Assembly (NCBI RefSeq): GCF_006345805.1
Contig: NC_042997.1
Coordinates: 199,206,001 to 199,270,000, forward strand
From: Octopus sinensis
Lineage: Eukaryota
DNA length: 64,000 nucleotides
Direction: 5' to 3'
Shown here: piece by piece, positions 37,675-48,961 of the stretch
Layout: every line of letters begins with the position of its first letter
How positions within the stretch are numbered: position 1 is the first letter of the stretch
Notes under the pieces: generated by a model
What the model was told of the DNA's origin: nothing
Seen by the model: the letters and a program-made list of their open reading frames with translations, nothing else
Databases searched by the model: none
Program-made: the position numbers and the translations under genes

Positions 37675-37960
37675 CACTCCGTCGTTGGCGACGACGAGGG
37701 TCCCAGCTGATACGATCAACGGAACAGCTTTCTCATGAAATTAAAATGCAAGTGGCTGAGCACTCCACAGTTTTGGGGGAGATTCAGCGTGACAAGGCTG
37801 GCCCTTTGAAATACAGGTCCTACTCATTTTTGCCAGCTGAGTGGACTGGAGTAACGTGAAATAATGTGTCTTGCTCAAGGACACAATGCGCTGCCGAGAA
37901 TTGAACTCACAACCTTACGATCATGAGCCAAATGCCCCTAACCACTAAGCCACATGCTTA
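37675..37960 (-). mobile_element. SINE family D
   Basis: Near-consensus reverse copy ending CCACTAAGCCAC. Confidence 0.8.
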
Positions 37961-38035
37961 ATAGAGTGGGAATGTTGCCTTTGAGAGTCTGTCATTCTAT
38001 CCACTGGGAGATTCATCTCCCATCTACCTAATACT

Positions 38036-38790
38036 ATCATTATCATCGTTTAACATCCACTTTCCATGCTGGCATGGGTTGGATAGTTTGACTGAGGACT
38101 GGCAAGCCAGGAGGCTGCACCAGGCTCTGATCTGATCTGGCAAGGTTTCTACAGCTGGATGCACTTCCTAATGCCAACCACTTCAAGAGTGCAGTGGGTG
38201 CCTTTCACTTGCCACCAGCATAGGAGCTAGACAGGCGGTACTGACATTAGCCATGCTCAAATAGTGCATTTTATGTGTTACCAGTGTTGGTGCCATTCAA
38301 GTGGCAATGGCATCAGCCATGACTATGATTTCATGTGACTCAACAGGTCTTCTCAAGCACAGCATACTGCCTGATGGTTGAAGAGTACTTTTAAATGGGC
38401 CAGTTATGTGACACTGGCATTGGCCATGGCGGTGATCTCACTTGGCTTGCTGAGTCTTCTCAGTCACAGCATATTTCCAAAGGTCTCAGTCTCTTGTCAT
38501 TGCCTCTGTGAGGCTCAACGTTCAATGGTCGTGCTTCACCACCTCATCCCATGTCTTCCTGGATCCACCTCTTCCACAGGTTCCCTCCACTGTTAGGGAG
38601 TGACACTTCTTCACACAGCTCTTCACATCCATACACAACACATTACGATGCCAGCACTGTCGTCTCTCTTGCACACCACATCTGATGCTTCTTATGTAGA
38701 ACTTTTCTCTCAGGGCACTTACACTCTGTCATATACGCACACTGACATTACACATCCAGCAGAGCATACTAGCTTCATATCTTTCTTTCT
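38036..38790 (-). mobile_element. 5'-truncated RTE LINE (RT C-terminus plus unexpanded 3' UTR)
   Basis: Reverse complement of 38500-38790 aligns by eye with ~30600-30890; CATCGTTTAAC tail. Confidence 0.85.
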
Positions 38791-39239
38791 ATGAAAACCA
38801 GGATTCAGTACTTGTTCCCAAAAGTTTCTCAGGAATTAAAATGTATTTATAATTTTAATGTCTATTTTACAGTACCTAGTACTGGTAGTTTTCAAACACC
38901 TGAGATGATTAATTTTACGAAGGAAACTATAAAATTATAATGACTGAGAATTAATACAATTATATTGTAAAAGGTGTGTGTTGAAATTTTATAGCTAGCC
39001 TTACCTTACATAGATATAAATAGGTCTAAATTAGTTTTTAAAAATTACCAATCTAAAAAGGAAATAAATGGATATTGTTAATTTTATATTATTTACTATT
39101 TACACTTTATAATTTTATTATTGCAATAATAATAAAATACTTTTTCAAAAATCAATTTTAAGCCTAAATGTAATTAAAATTGATGTCAACATTCATCCTT
39201 TTAAAAGCCAATTCATTATGGACATGTGATTTGGATGTA

Positions 39240-39478
39240 TCAGGAAAGAATCACAAGGTGGATTCTTCAAGCCATCTGAGACCCAGGGTTAAACCAAACA
39301 TGAGATGGTTGGCTAAAGTCTGTAGTCTCACCTACTTGTGCTTTGGAATCCATCTGGAAAATGTAAGAGTGGGTTGCATCTGATAGGACCCTACAGAGGA
39401 GGTGCCTAAGGATGGTTACCCCCACCCATCCCTCCCTGATCCTCCCAAGAATAACGAGCAGAGGAGGACGGATGGATT
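39240..39478 (+). mobile_element. 3' end of a second RTE-like LINE lineage
   Basis: RPRVKPNMRWLAKVCSLTYLCFGIHLENV resembles RPRGRPRTRW..LAWERLGIPPE; GGATGGAT tail. Confidence 0.5.
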
Positions 39479-39780
39479 ACTCAGTCATTGAATTAGCATG
39501 TCAGTGTGTTTACCAGACGTGTTCTAAATTCAAATGGAATTAGTATGACATGGGGGTAAGGCATAGTTAGACATTTGCATTATAGGTACAATCCATCCAC
39601 ACAGCCACATCTGCTCAGTTTTACTCCCAAGGCTTAGATCAGCATGAAACTGTGGTAAAAGGGTACTTGCTCAAGATACCACACAGTGGGAATGAACCTC
39701 TGACATTGTGATTGTGAAGCAAACTTGTTAACTACTTGGCTGAACTGCACCAGGAAAATATTTCATAACACACACAAATA

Positions 39781-40400
39781 CTCTTACTCTTTGACTTGTT
39801 TCCCTCATTTGACTGTGGCCATGCTAGAGCACTGCCTTTAGTCGAGCAAATAGACCCCAGGACATATTCTTTGTAAGCCTAGTACTTATTCTATCGGTCT
39901 CTTTTGCCAAACCGCTAAGTTACAGGGATGTAAACACACTGGCATCGGTTGTCAAGCAATATTGGGGGGACAAACACAGACACACACACACATATACGAC
40001 GGGCTTCTTTTAGTTTCTGTCTACCAAATCCACTAACAAGGCTTTGATTGGCTTGAGGCTATAGTAGAAGACACTATAGGCGGTGAGCTGGCAGAAACGT
40101 TAGCACGCCGGGCAAAATGCTTTGCAGTATTTCGTCTGCCGTTACATTGTGAGTTCAAATTCCGCCGAGGTCGACTTTGCCTTTCATTCTTTTGGGGTCA
40201 ATAAATTAAGCACCAGTTACGCACTGGGGTCGATGTAATCGACTTAATACCTATGTCTGTTCTTGTTTGTCCCTTCTATGTTTAGCCCCTTGTGGGTAAT
40301 AAAGAAATATAGTAGAAGACACCTGCCCAAGGTGCCATGCAGTGGAACTGAACCCGGAACCATGTGGTTGGTAAGCAAGCTACTTACCACACAGCCACTT
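39781..40400 (-). mobile_element. SINE family B interrupted by SINE family A (40075-40308, + strand)
   Basis: 14-bp TSD ATAGTAGAAGACAC at 40061-40074 and 40309-40322. Confidence 0.92.
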
Positions 40401-41105
40401 GTATGCCTATGCACATTTTTATAAAACTTTCAAGAAAAAAAGTGTCCAATAACTAAGTATGTTTTCATCCCCCCCCCCCCACAAAAAAAAAAAACTATGA
40501 TCATTGTCAAGCTGCATTTATTCAGAGTTGTTTATTTCTTTTTCTGCCTCTTTTAAAAACAACCACTTTTCTCTTCTGTGTATAACATGAGCACCAAAGC
40601 ACACTCTACTTTCCTCTCCTCACTCAATACCCATATGATGTTTCTACTGAGGTAGTTTGTTCATGCTTGTTTTCTTACCAATTTACAAACCTTCAATGGT
40701 TCATACTAAACATACTTACAGTAGTCTAGGAGAAGCTAAGGGATTGAAAAAAAAAAAAACATATTAGAAAAACAAATAAGACAAGTATGATGCCAAAATG
40801 CTTTTATGTTAGTCAAAATGATAATATGTATAATTAGTACCATGAAGAAATGGTAGTAAATTCTTTAAAAAAGTCCTCACTCCATGTAAAAATGTTTTGT
40901 GTATATATTTTATGATTCTCAATTCACTGCAAAATATGTAGTGAAAGATGGCAAAAATAGCAAAAATGCTCCACTGAAATTCAACATGCTTCTTATCTAT
41001 GAAGTTATTTCTAGAAAATTTATCTTTGTGTTAAATGACCATCACCGAGAAAATGTGGTTTTGGTGTTGTCATTGTTTGACTTTGATGTAATTTCACAAT
41101 TTTCA

Positions 41106-41472
41106 TCTCTAGATATATAAACGACAAAATGTCTGTGTGTGTGTGTGTGTGTCTTTTATACAAATCCACAATTTTACAGTTAAAGGGCTTGCACCTACTA
41201 CGGTCATTCAAAACCATCCAAGGGTGGTTATGCACATCTTTACATTTCCCCAGTCACCCCGCAAAGCCATTAAAATATCAATAGAAGTGACTTTTTTTTG
41301 TGAATTTTCTATCCAAAACCCAATCAAAATGCCCGAATACACCAATTGAATGCCAGCTAGCTGTATGTGATTGGTTGGAGATTTGGACAGTACTTGCATG
41401 TATGTGTGCATGCACACAGCTGTATATGCGTGCACTAGCACTATGACTCGGCAACACCGGGTCATAATCTAG
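41106..41472 (+). mobile_element. Non-autonomous Helitron
   Basis: A|TC start; 10-bp hairpin TATGACTCGG-CAACA-CCGGGTCATA then CTAG|T; second copy at 57928-58291. Confidence 0.85.
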
Positions 41473-42294
41473 TAAGTTTTTAAAATGTTATTGATTTTTA
41501 ACAATTATTATAATTGTTGACAATCCCTCAGAGTCAAGGATGATTGTCCACCAGATTTAACCTCTGTGGACCCAAATTCTGGACAAAAGTGGTTTCTAGT
41601 TGCAGATTAGAAATTTGTTATGATTGGATTGAAAAATATTCATGCATTTATTGTTGTTCAACATAACCTTTCAGCTCTGCTTAAATAGACTAATAGCACA
41701 CATCTAACTACTTTAATAGTCAGGAGTAATACATCTGTTCATTACACCGGATACACTATGCTTCAGTTTGGTCTGTGACCAAATTATACAATATTTCAGG
41801 AAGAGGAAATTCTCTGTGAGAAATAAACTGTGCCAATCAGAGTACATTACTTTTAATTTGCCAATAAACAAAAGCTGTGGTTTTATCTGTATTATGAAGA
41901 GGTAGTCTTTTATACTACAGTATTTATTATGAGCTGAACAATGCTTCAATTATTTTGATCAGAGTCAGGGACTTTTGTTATTTAGATCAACTTGGAAAAT
42001 AGGGATTGTTGGATAGGTTGTAAGTGCTCTGGAGAATTGTTGATGCATTGCAGAGCTTTCAGGTGTGTGGCTTGGGCTATACTTTGTCATTAATTATGTT
42101 CTTCATACTTTGCCAGAGATAGAGAAAGAGGTATCCATGATATTCACAGAATAGAGTTGCAAAATTTTTACAGGGGTTCAACTAGAACTTCTTTGAGTTG
42201 ATACCTTTTGAGGGGAGGGTGCATGTAAATGGAAAAAAAAATTCACAGAGTTGTGGTTCCTGACAAGAAAGACTGAACACACTTTGTAGGGTTA

Positions 42295-42852
42295 ATGTTA
42301 GCACACCGGGCAAAATGCATAGCAGTATTTCGCCTGCAGCTACGTTCTGAGTTCAAATTCCACCGAGGTCAACTTTGCCTTTCATCCTTTCGGGGTCGAT
42401 TAAATAAGTACCAGTTACGCACTGGGATCGATATAATCGACTTAATCCATTTGTCTGTCCTTGTTTGTCCCCTCTGTGTTTAGCCCCTTGTGTGTAGTAC
42501 AGAAATAGGTATTTTGTCTGCCGCTACGTTCTGAGTTCAAATTCCGTCGAGGTCAACTTTACCTTTCATCCTTTCGGGGTCGATTAAATAAGTATCAGTT
42601 ACGCACTGGGGTCGATATAATCGAATTAATCCATTTGTCTGTCCTCTCTGTATTTAGCCCCTTGTGGGTAGTAAAGAAATAGGCATTTCGTCTGCTGTTA
42701 CGTTCTGAGTTCAAATTCCGCTGATGTCGACTTTGCCTTCCATCCTTTTGGGGTCAATTAAATAAGTACCAGTTACGCACTGGGGTCGATATAATCGACT
42801 AAATCCGTTTGTCCTCTCTGTGTTTAGCCCCTTGTGGCAAGTAAAGAAATAG
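42295..42852 (+). mobile_element. Triple tandem SINE family A
   Basis: Three consecutive B-box/central-domain/tail units. Confidence 0.9.
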
Positions 42853-43234
42853 GTTAAGACACAGAAGGGTTGACAAGAAAAGGAGTTTTAGGTGGTCTTA
42901 GTGCTTTGCTTGCTAAGTAATAGGAACAGAAACTGTTATAATAATGGTAGGAGTAACAAAGAGAAGAAGCAGCAACACTAAAGTGGATTAATGGTTATTT
43001 GTAAGAGAAGTTTTATTAATCAATTGGATGTCCTTTTAATTTTTGTTATCTCTGGAATATTTGTGTGTGTAGGTGCATCATCCTTAAAATGTGATCCACA
43101 CTTATACTTTGTAGAAGATCAGTAACCATTTAACATTGCAGTATTTCTTGGCTGTAAAGAAAAAGCCAGGCCAGTGAGGTATTGTTTTGTGATGTCAGAG
43201 ATGTGTTATCACCTTAAAGAATTATCAGAAATCT

Positions 43235-43625
43235 ACCTCTGCGGCACTCTGTTGGTTACGATGATGAGGGTTCCAGTTGATCCGATCAACGGAACAGCCT
43301 GCTCATGAAATTAACGTGCAAGTGGCTGAGCACTCCACAGACATGTCTACCCTTAACGTAGTTCTCAGGGAGATTCAGCATGACACAAGTGTGTGTGACA
43401 AGGGTGGCCCTTTGAAATACAGGTACAACAGAAACAAGAAGAAAGAGTAGAGAAAGTTGTGGTGAAAGAGTACAGCAGGGTTCACCACCACCCCTGCTGG
43501 AGCCTTGTGGAGTTTTAAGTGTTTTCACTCAATAAACACTCACAATGCCCGGTCTGGTTATTGAAACTGTGACCCTATGACCGCGAGTCCGCTGCCCTAA
43601 CTACTGGGCCATTGTGCCTTCACTA
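43235..43625 (-). mobile_element. SINE family D variant
   Basis: Shares blocks with 24376-24650 and 37675-37960. Confidence 0.75.
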
Positions 43626-43930
43626 TCAAAAATAGTGAGGCTAAGTATTTACAACAAGTATCCCTGTCACTGCCACCATGACTACAAGCTGTCAGGACTA
43701 TAAGGCTAGACTCATATACTACCTTGTTAAGTAAGGACTTCTAGACATTCCATATAGATCTCATACGCTTTATGTAGAGAACCTAAATATATATTATGAT
43801 TCAAAGCTATTTATAAGCAGAATCTGGTTTGGAACTTTCACAGCTTTATTTAATGTTTCTTTCGATGATTTTCATCTTACCACAGATCAGTTTTCAGTTT
43901 ATTTTTTTAAAAATATTTCTTTTATTTTGA

Positions 43931-44180
43931 TGTGTCTGGGGAGAGTCATTTTCTTTTTGTGCCTTATTATGTAACACACTCACTGGTAAAATTTCCACTT
44001 TTTTTCTTATTTTTATTGTCCTAAACGCAGTGTAAATAACAGACAGAGTCAAAACTATTGAAAAGGTTGCAAGATGCAACGAAAATTTTAGGACAATAAA
44101 AATAAGAGAAAAGTGGAAATTTTACCGGTGAGTGTGTTACATAATAAGGCACAAAAAGAAAATGACTCTCCCCAGACACA
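43931..44180. repeat. Inverted repeat, ~95-bp arms with 61-nt spacer
   Basis: 43931-44025 vs 44087-44180: two substitutions and one 1-nt indel. Confidence 0.92.
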
Positions 44181-44289
44181 ACAGAATATGCTTCAACACA
44201 TGAACTCATATAAAGAATCTTGCAGGCCAAATCCAAAAACGAAATATTTCTGTAATTATTTCTGTAAATTTATTTACTACAACTGCTTT

Positions 44290-44600
44290 GTTTTACAAAT
44301 TTAAGATTGTATAAGTCAGTGACTGTTCTGTATCTAATGCTTGCTGTTCCTTCAAGGACTTCAGGGCTAATAAATATTCTTTTTCAGAATATCTATTCAG
44401 CTGATTTGGAGAATGTAGACTGTTTTGTCTCACTTGAAAGTAATATGGAACCAATCACTTAAGTTAACTTGTACTACTGGCTTTATTATATAACAGTTTT
44501 AATACCTGAACAAGGCTGCCATATTTGCAATAGTTTCTCATGGTTACCTCTAGGGCCAAGTGCCAAACTTTGTTGAAAAGAGTTTTGAAATCTATAAGTC
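44290..44600 (-). pseudogene. Ancient RTE/BovB-like RT remnant
   Basis: Minus frame LFNKVWHLALEVTMRNYCKYGSLVQVLKLLYNKASS...VRQNSLHSP matches AFDRVWHAALWATMRKY...VRQGCLLSP. Confidence 0.65.
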
Positions 44601-45695
44601 AGTCAGATGTTAAATTGGAAGTAAGTTGATGGGTAGATGCTGATAGAGCAGTAAGTAGAGATGAAAGTAAAGAAAAATTTGGATGTACTTTTCAGCTTCC
44701 TTTATTGTTAAACTATACTAATAATTTATTTAGTGGAGATTTGAATTTTAATAATTTTCTATTTTTATATCTCCTAACAAAATAGGCTGAGAATGTGAAC
44801 TTTTCTGTAACTGATTTTCAGATAAAATTACTTTTAAGTTATACTAATATCACTACAGTATTTATAGAAATTACAGCTTAAAATTGTTTTACATGAAAAT
44901 GGTACGTCTTTATTCATCTATACAAATGGAAATAAATGAAGAAAAAAATAGATAAATAAAAACAATTTTATTTATCTTCAAAAAATTCAGTAATGTAACA
45001 TAGTTCTTTGGTTCTTCATCTCTATGACCTTTGAAAAGAATATTCCCCATTCTTTGTCTCTCAGAACATAATGATAGCCTTGTAAATTCAAAGCTGGATA
45101 TATGTTTAAATATCAGATAAATTATAGAGTGTATCTAAAATGAGATTTGATTTTATATATATATATATCATAAAATTCCTGGTCTCATTTCTTTTCATAA
45201 AATATAATTTTCTTTGCAAGCCCATTTGTTCAAGAAATTGTTCACCTCAACATATAAACGTTATCTTTTCACCTATATTTTCATTGTTTCTTTTAATATT
45301 TTGTTGCCTTCAAATTGCTCTTTCTTAATCTCTTTATAGTTGTAGTAGCTACATTGTATTATTGTATTACTTTGAATAATTGATTGAAAGTGGAATTCAT
45401 TTCTGCAATTAACCTGATTTGAACAAATATGTCTATTACAATTAAGCTATATCATTATTAGGTTATTACACCGGAAACATTGGTAGTTAGTTATTCAAAA
45501 CAGTTAAATTGGTTAAGTATTACGTTGTAAGATTATAAACTTTTTCAAGTAGGAGTTGTGCAAGGGACAGCTCTGTTTATATTTCAGTTGCACAGCTTCT
45601 TTTAATCTTTCAGTTTACCTCCAGTATTTTTGTATCATGTATTCTTATATAATTTTTCATTGAAGGCATTGTACAGCTAGAAACTTTGATGTATT

Positions 45696-45920
45696 AAAGC
45701 GGCGAGCTGGTAGAAATGTTAGCACTCTGGGCGAAATGTTTAGCAGTATTTCATCTGCTGGTACGTTCTAAGTTCAAATTTCGCCGAGGTCAACTTTGCC
45801 TATCATCCTTTTGAGGTCAATAAATTAAGTACTAGTTACGCACTGGGGTCGATGTAATCGGCTTAGTTCCTTTGTCTGTCCATGTTTCTATATTTAGCCC
45901 CTTATGGGCAATAAAGAAAT
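45696..45920 (+). mobile_element. SINE family A with 18-bp TSD
   Basis: TAGAAACTTTGATGTATT at 45678-45695 and 45921-45938. Confidence 0.93.
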
Positions 45921-46309
45921 TAGAAACTTTGATGTATTTATTAAAGATCCACAATAGTTCTGAGCTTTTTGGGAAGAGGTTGTTTATCAGAAAAAGGACA
46001 ATTCTTTGCTATTGATGTAGTATTGTGGTTAAACCAATCTAAGTTCATCTTCTAGCACTTAGTTATTTAATCCTTAATACTTCAAGCGCATATGCCTTTT
46101 CTTTTTTTTAAATACCTGTTGCATATCTGTGCTGGTGTCATGCCACTCTGTTAAGTATTGTAAGCTTCATTGCTTACCAGTTCCACATGAATCAATCTGA
46201 TGGGGCTGAATAGTTTCTTTATAATTATATGCAGTCCTTTATGTAACACATAAGAAAAGTAAGCTACACTTCTGTGAAGCTTTCTCTTCTACATCTAATC
46301 AATTTGGGA

Positions 46310-46632
46310 CAGTGGCACCTAGGGCAAGTGTCTTCTACTATAGCCTCGGGCCGACCAAAGCCTTGTGAGTGGATTTGGTAGATGGAAACTGAAAGAAGCC
46401 CGTCGTATATATGTATATATATATATGCGTGTGTGTCTGTGTTTGTCCCCCTAGCATTGCTTGACAACCGATGCTGGTGTGTTTATGTCCCCGTTACTTA
46501 GCAGTTCGGCAAAAGAGACCGATAGAATAAGTACTGGGTTTACAAAAGAATAAGTCCTGGGGTCGAGTTGCTCGATTAAAAGGCAGTGCTCCAGCATGGC
46601 CGCAGTCAAATGACTGAAACAAGTAAAAGAGA
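46310..46632 (+). mobile_element. SINE family B (5'-truncated)
   Basis: Near-consensus copy from the CORE-like block to the tail. Confidence 0.9.
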
Positions 46633-47339
46633 GTAATTATAAATTTATATATAAAGATTTGTTCCTTGTCAATAAGTTATGGTGGTACTCAATATCTGAG
46701 TTGAAGTTACAGTTCTTTTACGGTTGAAATATTCTCATATTATTTTGTTCCCTTTCTTTTACATATGAATCAACCTTCGTCTGCATGTGTATGGATCATG
46801 GTGTACCTATGTGTCTAGACATGAGTGGGTACATACATACATATGCAACGGTGTGTGTGTGTACAGTGATGAATTCGAGGGTTTTGTTTATTTACGACTT
46901 GATTTCTTAATTTCACCTGAGTATAAATACATATAATGGCAATACTTAAAAAAAAATTTAAAAAAAACAAAATAAAAAAAAAAGCAAAACTTAATTCAGT
47001 TCAGTTAAAACGCATGGATATGCAACACATTGTAAGCCGCACTATAATTGGCAAAAAATTTTAACTGCATGCAGTGTATGCATTGCCCCACCGATGAACT
47101 TTTTTATTATTGTACAATACTGGTTTCTAACTTTTATAAAAAGGTTATAAAATCATAAATCAAGAGAATAAGTAAAGCTGATTTTCTCTTTACTTATACT
47201 TATTTTATCAAAATCATGTTGTCAAAAGGCAATTTTGAATTTGGTAAAATATGAACTGAGAATATCAAGTACACGTTACCAAACACTACAAGACACTTTG
47301 TCTGGAACTACTCTGCTCTTTCAATGATTTATCACCATT

Positions 47340-47565
47340 ATAGTGTGTGTGTTTGTGAGTGTGTATGTATTTATATATATATGTGTGTATATATTAGATC
47401 ATATATATATATATATACGTATGTATGTATATATTATATCATATATATATTATATATATATATATATATGTATGTATATATCATATCATATATATATATA
47501 TATACATATTTGAACATATTATATCATATATATATATATATATACATATTTGTATATATATATTA

Positions 47566-47615
<50 letters not shown>

Positions 47616-47684
47616 TATATATATGTATATATATATCATATATATATATATATATATAAATACATACATATTTGTATATATTAT

Positions 47685-47728
<44 letters not shown>

Positions 47729-47731
47729 TAT

Positions 47732-47771
<40 letters not shown>

Positions 47772-47777
47772 TATATC

Positions 47778-47810
<33 letters not shown>

Positions 47811-47835
47811 TATATCATATATATATATATATATA
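47340..47835. repeat. Long degenerate (TA)n/TATCATA microsatellite
   Basis: Direct reading. Confidence 0.95.
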
Positions 47836-48573
47836 ATCAAACAGTTGTTCATAAGTCTGCATACTCTAAGGAAATTTTTTTGAGCAGTAATATTCAATGT
47901 GGTCATTGGTTATGACTGGTCAGAAAGTTACCATTACTTTCATGTCTATTCTTACTCTTAGCAATATAGGCAACTCATCATCAGACCTGCTGACTGGTGG
48001 TGCATAACCTCTTTACTAATGGAGGTAAGAATACAGTCCTGGTCAGGAAGGTTGTGGGAAAACTCCTGAAATGAAATTCTTTAAAGTGGGGTTTTCTTCC
48101 TAACAGAGACCAAATATCAAACAACAACAACAGTGAAATATAAATAGAGTACAAATGATTTGAATTTATGTTTATCCCAGTTCCTCCTACAGTTGATCTG
48201 TACACCATAACTAGTAATTCTACTAAGTACAACTGTAACCAAACCACTATCATCATCCAGAAGACTGGATGATGATAATCCATGAGGGATTCCTCTCAAC
48301 TCAACAATAGCAGTCATATAACTACTTGTAACCCCAAAATTATACAAGTGGACAAATGAAAGAAAAAGGGACTCAATACATTTAGTAAGAGTTAAATATA
48401 TTATTGAAAATGGTTTGATTTGTCTGTATGTGACTTGAAGTTTTACCGGCCCCAAATAGCTCATCCAGGCTCACATTACAGAATCAGTAATCTGAGCCTG
48501 AATGAGTTAGGTTTCTCTAAGAAACCTATGAAACTTTAACTCACATGAAGCTGAATCAAACTGTTTAAATAAC

Positions 48574-48644
<71 letters not shown>

Positions 48645-48807
48645 GCACACACACACACATATATATATATATACCCATGCTAGCATGGAAAACTGACGTT
48701 AAATGATGGTGATGATATATTTACGTATATATGTATATGTATATATTCAATATGCGAACACGTGTGTATTGGCGATTTTTTTTTCCTTGGATCTTTCTTT
48801 TTCCTAT

Positions 48808-48845
48808 GTTTCTGACGAAGAGCTCCGCTCAAAACGTTAAATCCT
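48808..48845 (+). ncRNA. Mutated minimal type I hammerhead in a Penelope-like pLTR remnant (~48760-48928)
   Basis: GTTT-CTGACGA-A-GAGC-TCC-GCTC-AAAA-CGTT-AAAT; the GAAA box reads AAAA, so predicted inactive. Confidence 0.55.
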
Positions 48846-48924
48846 CCTTCTTTCTTTCCTGAGCATCCAATAGCACTATACTTGTTCCACGTCCTCGCGT
48901 TGTTGTGTTTTCATGTTTGGATTA

Positions 48925-48961
<37 letters not shown>

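Noticed and set aside
39005-39052. 48-nt minus-strand exon with strong splice sites
   Set aside because: Stops in all three frames in very AT-rich DNA; likely chance.
47110-47134. TTGTACAATACTGGTTTCTA shared with 57058-57077 in both putative promoter regions
   Set aside because: More simply a remnant of a SINE family A variant 3' end than a regulatory motif.
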